A stretch of DNA of 45,885 bases from Candidatus Woesearchaeota archaeon (GCA_016180285.1 JACPBO010000021.1:1-45885); one strand, 5' to 3'; positions 18,522 to 27,575 are shown, numbered from the stretch's first letter. Numbers and translations: made by a program. The notes: generated by a model not told the origin, from the letters alone.

Positions 18522-18529
18522 ATTGTGCA

Positions 18530-18643
18530 ATGTTTTATGGCGAAGTAATTTATGGTACAGGTGTTACTAATAAAGGCAGGTATAAATTATATCGTTTGAC
18601 AGAATATGATAAGAGGATAACGAAGAGTATTGCTAAGCCCTAG
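18530..18643 (+). pseudogene. Possible C-terminal remnant of a winged-helix gene
   Basis: 37-aa ORF containing GRYKLYRLTEY, which resembles a wHTH wing; starts right after the duplicated S-layer end. Confidence 0.3.
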
Positions 18644-18894
18644 TCAATTAGCTCTTCAATCTCCCTTATTTTCTTAGGATTCAGGCTGACTTCCAGGCCA
18701 TAATGGGTGGGTTTGGATAAAAGTATCTGCTCACTAAGAAGCTCTTCTATTGCTTTTTTAACCTCTCTGGAAACCCTTAATTCATTGGATAACCCTTTTG
18801 GAAGATTATTGATGTTTGTATGCTTATGAAGCCACATCCTTTTTCTGTATAATTTCCTAACAATGAACTTTTTTATAACCAGCCTTTCATCCAT
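18640..18894 (-). CDS. Small winged-helix-like protein, family A (paralog of 22809-23087)
   Basis: HT...LPKG...KPTHYGLEVSLNPKKIREI aligns by eye with HT...IKKG...KPAQYGLQVSLNKEKLKEI. Confidence 0.8.
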   Translation of the reverse strand: MDERLVIKKFIVRKLYRKRMWLHKHTNINNLPKGLSNELRVSREVKKAIEELLSEQILLSKPTHYGLEVSLNPKKIREIEELID

Positions 18895-18958
18895 GCAAAC
18901 CTATGAAAAGGAGCACTCGTATTTATAGTTTTCGTTTTGTAAACCATGGTTATTAAAA

Positions 18959-18976
18959 TAGAAACATTTAAATATG
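18959..18976 (+). promoter_or_regulatory. BRE-TATA promoter TAGAAACATTTAAATATG, identical to 22770-22787
   Basis: GAAA plus TTTAAATA about 25 nt before ATG 19000. Confidence 0.65.
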
Positions 18977-18999
18977 TGCTTTATTTTCTATTGCTTACG

Positions 19000-19320
19000 A
19001 TGGAAGAGAAAAGCGTATTTGCAGAATACTTCGGGGATTACCCGTTGATCAGAGTACTGGATTTCTTAATTTTAGGCAGGGATATGGATTACAGCATGAC
19101 GGATATATGCGACAATTCAGGTGTCGGCTGGACAGCCTTTTCCGAAATATGGCCGCGTTTGGTTGAAAAAGGGATAGTAATCTTCACGAGAAAAATAGGA
19201 AATGCAAAATTGTTCAGATTAAACGTAAAAAATCCTTGGGTAAAAGAACTGGTAAGAATGGACAGGGTTATTACAAAATTGGAAACAGAAAAATTTATTT
19301 CTACAGAAGTTACAATTTAG
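19000..19320 (+). CDS. Small winged-helix (ArsR-like) protein, family B (paralog of 22371-22676)
   Basis: FGDYPLIRVLDFL...DYSMTDICDNSGVGW...TRKIGNAKLFRLN; start placed at MEEKS, downstream of the TATA box. Confidence 0.85.
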   Translation: MEEKSVFAEYFGDYPLIRVLDFLILGRDMDYSMTDICDNSGVGWTAFSEIWPRLVEKGIVIFTRKIGNAKLFRLNVKNPWVKELVRMDRVITKLETEKFISTEVTI

Positions 19321-19460
19321 CCATATAACAAATTTTCTTCAATAATCATAAAAGGCAGTGTGCACCACTAAAAAGCAGTTCACTCAACTAATCATCAATA
19401 TACTTTTCTCAAGTGCTCATCAAAAATTAAAAGAAAAAAAAGAAAAAAGGTAAAACCTTT

Positions 19461-21873
19461 TTATTGCGCAGCTGCTACAGTTATGTCTGTCAAGCTTGTG
19501 CCGGTTACAGTTACTTCTGCTCCCTTCATGCTTGACGCATACTTGCTCCACTGCGAAGCTACTCTGCTGGCTCTCCTTGTGTCTTCAGCATTGTATCCAG
19601 CAACTAGCATTGCAACTTTGTCTGCATTACTATACAGCTTTACCATTGCTTTGCCTTCTGTGAAATCTTTGCCGCATGGGCTCGGACTTCCCATTATTGC
19701 TGCTGCTGCTGTGTTTGCGCAAGGTCCGCCTACAATTATGGCGTTCTGAGCTTTGATGTCAGCAACTTCGCTGTCTAGCTTGGCAGTTCCAACATTCCAA
19801 ACATTGACTGTCTGTGTCTTTGTTCCGCCAGTTGTGGTTGTTGTTGCTGTTGCAGGTCCAAAGTACACATCATAGCTTGCAGCTGCAGACGGATAATACA
19901 AGTTTATCTTGTTGCTTCCGCTTGAGCTGGTGTAGTCCATATACGTTCCGTACTTGGATACTCCTTTGCTATCGTATGTGTTCGAGACACTCGTCATTGT
20001 AGCACCGCCACCTAATGGTGAGGAAAGTATTGTATCCCACTGCGCTGAACTCGACAGATACGTTACTGACGTATTAATAGTCATATTACCTAATGTTTCT
20101 TGAACGTTGTTCGTGTAGGTGCCGTCGTTGTACGCTGTCTCTTCTGTGAAGTTGACTATGTTGCCATTAGATGCATTACCTCCTGTCAAAGGCAAGTCAA
20201 TCCTCATTCCTCCTTTCGTAGTAATTTTGTTTGTCAATCCTGTAACGTTCAGCCCGGTTAGTGTTGCGTTGTTTTCCATAGTGAATGTATAGACGTTTCC
20301 GTCATATCTCATTTCACCAGTTAGATCAGTTCCACCGCTTTCATTATAGCTCCACTCAGTTGTCTCTCCGCCAGATGCAGCTTCCTTAACCTTGATTTTA
20401 TTCGGGTTTGTGCTGATTTTCTTCAACTGCAGTATGTGCGAATAACCATTGGTGTCAATAATGAAGTAGTCGTTTTCTCTTATTGTACCGGATCTTGCTG
20501 TAAGTGCAGGACCGCCAGTTGTGTTAGCTCCGTTGTGTGTAATCAAAGCATTGCCATCAACTGCAAGTGAAGTTCCTCGATTTACATCATCGCTTGTGTT
20601 GATTACATTCAATGCATAACTCTGCCCAGCTTTGTTGGTGAACTCAAGCTTTACCTTTTGCTCTCCGCTTGGGTAGATCTTTATAACATCTCTTGACGAA
20701 GCCTTCAAGTCAGGTATAATGCCTGTGAATGACATCTTCAGCAATCCAAATACTGGCTCTGTCAAAGAGTCTCCAACTTTCAGGTATTTCCTGTCCACAT
20801 CAAAGCTGTACGGCTTTATATCAATCCTCAATGTTGACAATAGTGTTTTTCCGCTTGTCATTGAGCAAGACATATCAACCAATGTACCGCTGATGCTTGT
20901 TGAAGCTAACTTCACTTCATTTGCACTGATCAACGTCATCTTGTCTGTTCCAATGAACAATCTTACAGCACCGCTTGTTACTGGTGTTGTATAAGCAAAT
21001 ATGTCTCTGACATATGTTCTTATTCCGCCTAGCACAACAGTGTCGCCTGCTGATACTGAAGCAGATTCTCCATTGACCTTGATTGTTGCAGTTGCTGTTG
21101 TTGTTCCTGTGTTAACACCAGTTACTTCAACTGGAATGTCTTTTCCGCCAACTGTTACAGTTATAGCTTCTCCTGCGGTGAATATCTGGTCTTTTCCTCC
21201 ACCATACAGCACAAGCCCGTTTGTTGTATCAGAGCAGTTCAATTCTCCGCCTGTTCCACCAATGCCTGAGCTAGCCCCAGATGCAACTGTGCCAGAGAAT
21301 GTGTACTCTTTGCCCATTATTGTCAGCAGCTTGTTTCTTAATCTTTGTGTGTTGACTGCTGTTGGGAAGCTGACTTCATAAGAGAAGTTAGCTGTGCTCG
21401 GCAGATCAACATACACTACTGGATCATTTAAGCTGTCAGGTTATTATTTGCTTGTATGTGAACTCTGTGCCGTCTTCATCAGTTATTTTGCCGTCTTTCA
21501 AGAAAGTCGCCAATTCAGTTGATGTAAGAGACACTTTTGTTGTGTTCATAGAATCTCCAAAATACAACTTCTGTCCAGATGTTTCTACCTTTGCACCACC
21601 TTCCAAAACTGTTGTTGTTGCTCCTGTTGTTGTTGTTGTAACAGATGCTGCTTGCAATGCTGTTGCAATGTCAATAGCACCTATTATGTCTTCTGATGCT
21701 GCAGCTTTGCCAACTACAAGTACGGCATTGAACTTTCCATCAGTCCCAATAAACAATGGGCTCGGGTACTGACTCAAGTCAGCTGCTGCTACTGCGCCTA
21801 GGATTGTAGCGCCTAACATTGCTGCGCCTGTTCCTATTGCAGCGATCCTCTTTATTGCTTTTTTCACGTTCAT
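19461..21873 (-). CDS. S-layer protein, split into two frames near 21438-21441 (frameshift or deletion; may be an assembly error)
   Basis: Signal peptide MNVKKAIKRIAAIGTGAAMLGATILGAVAA, VVGKAAASEDIIGAIDIA, Thr-rich linkers, many NxS/T sequons, C-terminal IIVGGPCAN...LVAGYNAEDTRRA; GGAGGTG RBS. Confidence 0.9.
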
Positions 21874-22166
21874 GCTTAAACACCTCCGTGTTTTCTTAGC
21901 ATTATTCCAAAAGGGAACATCGTTCCTCTTTTTTCCACAAACTTAGATGGCTGTAGGAAGCTTGCTCTTCTGCAAACTATTCCTATTTCTAAGTTTGCTA
22001 TAAGCGTTAAACTTAGTTATAAGGCCTATCTAGCCAAAATTTTAAGTTTTCAGATAGTTGTTACCTACAAATAGAGAATCTAAAAAATATCTAAAAAACG
22101 TCGTTTTCAACTCCATTTTAGACCTCAGACAGTACCGATATTATGTATATCAGTATACAAAAAATA

Positions 22167-22324
22167 TGCGGAGTGCAGGACTTTCAGTTGCTCTGCAACA
22201 TTCGAACCTGCGTAGGGACTGACCCAATAGGTGTCTTAATATCATTGGAAGTTGCTTCCTCATTACACCTAAGCTTGGACAATCTTTCGATCTCTATCCC
22301 GTTTGGCCACTCCGGCAACTCCGC
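22167..22324 (-). tRNA. trnL: tRNA-Leu(TAG) with three introns: 30/31 (19 nt, 22275-22293), 37/38 (35 nt, 22233-22267) and 59/60 (20 nt, 22181-22200)
   Basis: Acceptor GCGGAGT/ACTCCGC, spliced anticodon arm ATAGG-CTTAGGA-CCTAT, long variable arm GGG-TCAGT-CCC, T arm GCAGG-TTCGAAT-CCTGC. Each intron has a 4-bp helix with two 3-nt bulges; mature length 84 nt. Confidence 0.92.
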
Positions 22325-22370
22325 ATAAGCAATCAGAAATCGCGCTATTATATATATTTAACGCAAAAAT

Positions 22371-22676
22371 CTAAACTAAACATTCTTGCTCTACGCCTTT
22401 AATTAAATTCCAATCAAGCTTCATTAATTGCTGAACAGCAGGGTTTGATGTGTTTAACTTATATAGGTCTGATTTTCCTACACGCCTTGTTTTAATAACA
22501 ATGCAGTTCCTTTCTAATTTATCCCAAAAGGTCTGCAATGTTGAGTAGCCGACCCCTGATTTTTTGGCTATTTCTGTTAATGGGTAATCAAAAAGCTGAT
22601 AAGTTATTAGAAAATCCAGTACCTTTATAAGAGGGGTTTTTCCAAAGACTTTCACAAATATTGTTTCGTTTTCCAT
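22371..22676 (-). CDS. Small winged-helix (ArsR-like) protein, family B
   Basis: FGKTPLIKVLDFL...DYPLTEIAKKSGVGY...TRRVGKSDLYKLN; AGGTGAGG RBS. Confidence 0.85.
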   Translation of the reverse strand: MENETIFVKVFGKTPLIKVLDFLITYQLFDYPLTEIAKKSGVGYSTLQTFWDKLERNCIVIKTRRVGKSDLYKLNTSNPAVQQLMKLDWNLIKGVEQECLV

Positions 22677-22808
22677 TTTCTTTGCCTCACCTAATAGTTA
22701 TACTTTTATTTATACTTTTAGCATAACTAATATATAAATGTTTCTATTTATGTTTTTAAATTACTAATTTAGAAACATTTAAATATGAGTGAGTTTCGTA
22801 AGAGGCAT

Positions 22809-23087
22809 ATGGAATCCAATGATGAAGAAAAAATTAGAGCGACAATCCTCTATCATCTAAGAAGAAAAAAAGTAATTGGAGGTGTGCATACTTCTTTTGA
22901 TACAATAAAAAAGGGTTTTCCATCTCATCTTGGCAAGGAGGTAGAAAAAACTTGTGAAAAACTAATCAAAGAAAATTTAATTTTACCAAAACCTGCCCAG
23001 TATGGATTGCAGGTTTCTCTAAATAAAGAAAAGTTAAAAGAAATTGAAGTTATTATTGAGAGATGTTTAGGAATCAAATTCAATTGA
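22809..23087 (+). CDS. Small winged-helix-like protein, family A
   Basis: Paralog of 18640-18894; TATA at about 22778-22785. Confidence 0.8.
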   Translation: MESNDEEKIRATILYHLRRKKVIGGVHTSFDTIKKGFPSHLGKEVEKTCEKLIKENLILPKPAQYGLQVSLNKEKLKEIEVIIERCLGIKFN

Positions 23088-23101
23088 TTTAAATGTAAAA
23101 T

Positions 23102-23228
23102 CTATTTCCCTGCTTTCTTCCAGTTATACTTCCTTAGCCTGGCGCTTGCCCCATAGCCGCATGAGCTGCATTTGTGCTTGCTCATGTGAAATGTCCTTTT
23201 CCCGCATCTGCGGCAGTATATCATCCAT
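23102..23228 (-). CDS. rpl37e: 50S ribosomal protein L37e (N-terminal segment apparently missing); not in the ORF track
   Basis: [40 protein letters not shown] from ATG 23224; CxxC...CxxCGY zinc finger; conserved position downstream of lsm. Confidence 0.92.
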
Positions 23229-23455
23229 TATGCAGCGCTTATAAGAATTATCGTATCGCCCCTTACAAAGGCTGTTCCGAGCTTCCTTTTAGTTTCCCCG
23301 GCTTCCCTTTCCTCAACTTCATCCAGAACAACATTGATGTGAATGTCAAAAGATCTTATAATGCCGATAAGCTGCTTTCCGTTTTTAAGCTCAACTATTA
23401 CTCTTTTGTCGCGCCACTTGTTCAGCGCATCTAATGGCCTTGATTGCTCAATCAT
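23228..23455 (-). CDS. lsm: Sm-like (Lsm/SmAP1) RNA-binding protein
   Basis: RPLDAL...VELKNG...FDIHINVVL...FVRGDTI; GGAGGT RBS before ATG 23455. Confidence 0.95.
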   Translation of the reverse strand: MIEQSRPLDALNKWRDKRVIVELKNGKQLIGIIRSFDIHINVVLDEVEEREAGETKRKLGTAFVRGDTIILISAA

Positions 23456-23531
23456 TTTTACCTCCAAAAAAACAAAATTAATTAAAAGCATGAAATTAGC
23501 AATTCTATTTAAATCTATCGAAAACTGACTG

Positions 23532-24545
23532 TTAAATCCAGGAAAACAGCCTTGCCAGCCACTTAATGAAGGCTCTTTTCTTTGCTGCCCAAAGCAGCAT
23601 ATTCATTTCCAGATCAAATATGCCCGGTATCTTTTTGCCGGTTTCCAGGAGCGCCATCAGGGTTTCCTGCCTTCTCTTCATTCTTAAGATTTCTTCAATG
23701 CCTTTTGGCTCATAGCTTTTGTCTAAAATAAGCGTTGCAGCATCTTCCGCGCTTTTTAATGCAAAATAAATCCCCTGCCCTGTAAAGCCGGAAGCAAACC
23801 CAGCAGCATCTCCTACCAGAAATTTGTTCCCAAACCTGTATCCTCGGTAGTCGAAGTTTATAATTGCGCCTTTCAGCTTTGAGCTGTCTATTTTAACATT
23901 GATTTTTCTGCAGAAATCATAAAAATTCTCCTTCAGGTTTTTTGGGTTAGTTGAGCCGGATCCTATTGACGTATAATTTTTGTGCGGGAATATCCAATGA
24001 TAGCCCAGCCCATTTTCAAAATTTGTATAAGCCGCCAGCCCATTAAATTCATTCTTTGTAGAATATTCCAGCGTAAAATGAAGCTTCTTTGTTTTCAGGC
24101 CAAGATACCTTCTGACAATCGAATTAGAGCCGTCTGCGCCTATAAGATATTTGTAAAAATATTTTTTATTGTTTGCCATTGCAAAATTATCAGTCACTTT
24201 GGAAACCTGTGAATTTTTCAATATCTTTGCGCCATTTTTTATAGCGCTTTCCGCAATAATCCTGCATAATTTCTTTTTGTCCACTGTTATGATGAGCGGT
24301 TTTTTTGTTCCTTTGAACTCATATTTTTTATTTTCATGATTCAGGCATACTTTTCTGAATTTTCTCTCAATTATGCTTTCCGGGATCAGCCTCAGATCAT
24401 ATCTTAAAACTCCTGCTGCGCATGGCTTAATGCAGAAATCATTGTCTTTTTCCAGAACAATGACTTTCTTTTTGCCTTTTGCAAGAACTTCTGCTGCTTT
24501 CAGGCCAGCTAATCCAGCTCCGACAATGACAGCATCATATCTCAT
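23532..24545 (-). CDS. Geranylgeranyl reductase-like FAD-dependent oxidoreductase
   Basis: VGAGLAG, KPCAAG, IGADGSNS, GYHWIFP, LVGDAAG...GQGI. Confidence 0.9.
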   Translation of the reverse strand: MRYDAVIVGAGLAGLKAAEVLAKGKKKVIVLEKDNDFCIKPCAAGVLRYDLRLIPESIIERKFRKVCLNHENKKYEFKGTKKPLIITVDKKKLCRIIAESAIKNGAKILKNSQVSKVTDNFAMANNKKYFYKYLIGADGSNSIVRRYLGLKTKKLHFTLEYSTKNEFNGLAAYTNFENGLGYHWIFPHKNYTSIGSGSTNPKNLKENFYDFCRKINVKIDSSKLKGAIINFDYRGYRFGNKFLVGDAAGFASGFTGQGIYFALKSAEDAATLILDKSYEPKGIEEILRMKRRQETLMALLETGKKIPGIFDLEMNMLLWAAKKRAFIKWLARLFSWI

Positions 24546-24600
24546 TTTGAATTCAATGCCTTTCTCAGAGATTGATCTTTATTTGCCATTTGCTTGCATT

Positions 24601-26148
24601 TCACCTTATCTTCCTGATAATCCCCTTTTCCATGTCAATCTCAACAATATCTCCGCTCTTCAGGATATCTGTTGCAATTTTTGTTCCGATTATGCAGGGA
24701 ATTTTTAATTCTCTGCTTATAATTGCAGCGTGTGTTGTTATGCCGCCTTCATTTGTTATGATTGCTTTTGCCTTTTTCATCAAAGGGACAAATTCAGGCC
24801 TTGTCATCCCTGTTACAAGTATCTCCCCGTTGCTGAATGCGTCTTTCACAGGGTCAAAAACAACCCTTGCCTTGCCTTCTATAGTCTTTTCCCCATTGCC
24901 TACTGAAGCAATAAAGCCCTTTATAATGCCTTTCTTTGCTATTTCCTCCCTTTTTTTCTTGAAGAAATCCAGAACATCCAATGCGTCCTTGCCGTACAGC
25001 ATGATGGTTTTTATTTCTTCCCCTTCCAGATATGAAAAGCAGGCAAGATGCTCACGCTTGCTCAGCTCGTCCTTGCTGGCTAATCTGCCGCTTTCTAATG
25101 TGGCCATTACTTCGTTAAATAAATAATTATATAATTCAGATTTCTTAACCTTAATCCTTTTTTCAACTTCATCAAATATCCTGTCAACTGAGAACACCAA
25201 TCTTTGTATGCTTTCTTTTCTGTCATCTTGGAATGTTGAAAAAAACCTGACTAAATCAAAAAACATCTTGGCTTCAGGGCCTGGGTGGTAATTTTTATAC
25301 ACGGCACTTATTTCCTTTCTGGCAGTCTTGCGCTTATTCTCAAATTTGTTTATCTCATTTTTAATTGCTTCAGGGTTTTTTGCTTCAATCAAATCAGATA
25401 TTAAATTTAAAAAATAACTTTCGCTCAAATAAAATGCCTTAAGAAAGCTATTCTGAATCCAGAAATAATTTTTTGTATGCTCCTGAAGTTTTTTAAAAAA
25501 ATCAGGAAATTTTTTAATTTCTTCAATGGAATTGCTCATAACTGCCTTCTTTAAATTTTTGTTTGTGAAAGCAGCCTTGGCAAGCTTCAAAAGAGCCATT
25601 TTTTCCTTTTCCAGAAAGCTTAATTTTTCCGGAGTGCTTAATATTCTGATTGCTTCAGGCGCGTCCTCTTTTTTTACTGCAGGCAGGAGCCTTAAATAAT
25701 CCTGCTCTTCCAGCAGGTCCATTCCTTCCATAACCAAGGAATAGCCGTATTGCTTTTTCATCAGATAGAAAATCCTGGAAAACAGTTTTTTTAGCTGCTT
25801 ATTTGTAAAATTCTGTATGCTCTTGTTTCGCATTATTTTAAAAATTTCTTTAATCTCTTTAAAGACATTTTCAAATTCCTTGTATTTCTTTATGAAATAA
25901 TGCCTGTCTTTTCTATGTGCATCCAATGCCCACTTCAGCATATTTCTTGACTCATCAGCTGAAACCCATTCATAGCCGTAATTATTTGACAGATAATATG
26001 CTGAAAACGTGTAGAGCTTTCTTTTGTAGGCGTATTTGCCTTCCAGATGGCATGTTTTGGCAAGATCCAGTATTATAGGGGAGATCTGGCTTTCTTCCTC
26101 TTTCCATTCACGGCCATTCAATATTCTGAAAATATCTTCTTTGTTCAT
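24601..26148 (-). CDS. Orphan PEP-utilizing enzyme mobile (phospho-His swivel) domain protein, copy 1
   Basis: Helical N-terminus; C-terminal GEILVTGMTRPE...TNEGGITTHAAIISRE..IPCIIG; no ATP-grasp motifs. Confidence 0.9.
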   Translation of the reverse strand: MNKEDIFRILNGREWKEEESQISPIILDLAKTCHLEGKYAYKRKLYTFSAYYLSNNYGYEWVSADESRNMLKWALDAHRKDRHYFIKKYKEFENVFKEIKEIFKIMRNKSIQNFTNKQLKKLFSRIFYLMKKQYGYSLVMEGMDLLEEQDYLRLLPAVKKEDAPEAIRILSTPEKLSFLEKEKMALLKLAKAAFTNKNLKKAVMSNSIEEIKKFPDFFKKLQEHTKNYFWIQNSFLKAFYLSESYFLNLISDLIEAKNPEAIKNEINKFENKRKTARKEISAVYKNYHPGPEAKMFFDLVRFFSTFQDDRKESIQRLVFSVDRIFDEVEKRIKVKKSELYNYLFNEVMATLESGRLASKDELSKREHLACFSYLEGEEIKTIMLYGKDALDVLDFFKKKREEIAKKGIIKGFIASVGNGEKTIEGKARVVFDPVKDAFSNGEILVTGMTRPEFVPLMKKAKAIITNEGGITTHAAIISRELKIPCIIGTKIATDILKSGDIVEIDMEKGIIRKIR

Positions 26149-27575
26149 TTTATTATCTTGATTACGCCTTCATTTGCATCCACTTCAACATAATCGCCGT
26201 CTTTCAACACATTGGTCGCTATTTTAGTTCCGACAATGCATGGAATTTTTAATTCTCTGGAAACAATTGCTGCATGGCAGGTCATGTTGCCCTCATCAGT
26301 AATTATTGCAGCGGCTTTTCTCATTGCAATTATGTAATCGGGGCTCGTCATTGCTGCAACAAGTATGTTCCCTTTCCTCATCTTTTCCAGGTTCCTTAGA
26401 TCTTTGATGATCTTCACCTCTCCAACAACCTTTTTGCCAGAGCTTACGACCATTCCTTTTATCTCTTTTATATCTTCCTCAACTTCCACTTTTATGTATG
26501 GCTCTATGAATTCGTTCGCCTCTTCGCCTTCCATATAGGATATATTGCCCCGTTCATGATAGTATTCTATAAAGCCGCCAAACCTTTGCTTCGCATCCGC
26601 CCTTATGTTTTTTTGCAGCAGCCCGATTATCTCTGCTAGCGTATAGTAGCACAGCTCCTTGAAATCGATATCCTTTCTTTTGCCTATCTCCTGCATGAAA
26701 GCTGTTATTATGTGGTTGGCGATAAAAATGTATTTTTTTCTCATGTCCTGCCACCAGACGCAGTATGAAAGCTTGTGCGCGATTTCTGCCATATCGCTGC
26801 TTATCCTGTATTTTGCAATAATCTTCCTCTTGTTTTCTTTTACACGTTTTGCATAATTGTTTATTTCCTTTGTCTTGTTTTTCGCATTCTTTACGCTTAT
26901 TTTGCCGATCTCTTCTCTGAAATAACTGACATCCAGAATCTTTGTAAAGCCATAATTATTCCTAAGCCAGTAATACCTTTTCTGGTGCTGCCTGAGCATT
27001 TTTTCCTGCATTTTTCTGCTCTTAACAAGCTTTATTTTCATGAATTCCATTTCTTCAATCTGGAAGAATGAGAAGTCTTCGGGCGCGCTTAGCTTTTCGA
27101 ATATTTTTATAAAATCAGAAGGATATGACTCAAGAATCCTCTTTTTCAGCATCTGCTCAGCGCCAAAATTACAGATTTCAGGAAGCAAACCATAAATCCA
27201 GAATCGGTTATACTTATCTATCCACTTGATGAAAAGCTTGTTCAGCTGTTTGCTGCTCAGATTCATAAGCCCTTTGTTTATTCTGTTTTCAAAGCTAATA
27301 AGTTCCTTGACAGCTTTAAGCCAGGTCTTGTACTTGCTATTCAGCTCTTTTTCATCTAGAACGTATTTTTTGAACAGATGCTCCCCGTTATCCCTGAGCT
27401 TTTGGTAATCTGAGATAGCCAGGATAGTATCGTCCTTAAGATATGTAATCATGTCAGGCCAGCTTCCGTCAAAAAAATTTGGAAAATCAACCAGCATGAC
27501 GTTCCATATATCCACATAGATGGGTCTTCCTTCTATAGGTCCCCATTTGAATAATTCTTTTTTTGGATCGATCAT
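26145..27575 (-). CDS. Orphan PEP-utilizing mobile-domain protein, copy 2
   Basis: TDEGNMTCHAAIVSRE; ATGA overlap with the next gene. Confidence 0.9.
   Translation of the reverse strand: MIDPKKELFKWGPIEGRPIYVDIWNVMLVDFPNFFDGSWPDMITYLKDDTILAISDYQKLRDNGEHLFKKYVLDEKELNSKYKTWLKAVKELISFENRINKGLMNLSSKQLNKLFIKWIDKYNRFWIYGLLPEICNFGAEQMLKKRILESYPSDFIKIFEKLSAPEDFSFFQIEEMEFMKIKLVKSRKMQEKMLRQHQKRYYWLRNNYGFTKILDVSYFREEIGKISVKNAKNKTKEINNYAKRVKENKRKIIAKYRISSDMAEIAHKLSYCVWWQDMRKKYIFIANHIITAFMQEIGKRKDIDFKELCYYTLAEIIGLLQKNIRADAKQRFGGFIEYYHERGNISYMEGEEANEFIEPYIKVEVEEDIKEIKGMVVSSGKKVVGEVKIIKDLRNLEKMRKGNILVAAMTSPDYIIAMRKAAAIITDEGNMTCHAAIVSRELKIPCIVGTKIATNVLKDGDYVEVDANEGVIKIIK

Noticed and set aside
21436..21438. 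TGA readthrough (Sec or recoded stop) joining the two S-layer ORFs
   Set aside because: The two ORFs are in different frames, a second TGA follows shortly in the first frame, and TGA is a normal stop in other genes here.
21430..21455. Programmed ribosomal frameshift or phase-variable tract in the S-layer gene
   Set aside because: No slippery heptamer or long homopolymer at the junction; only a short AAT repeat, whose slippage would preserve the frame.
21606..21640. GTT-type trinucleotide repeats in the S-layer gene (also near 19830-19855)
   Set aside because: They encode ordinary poly-Thr linkers.
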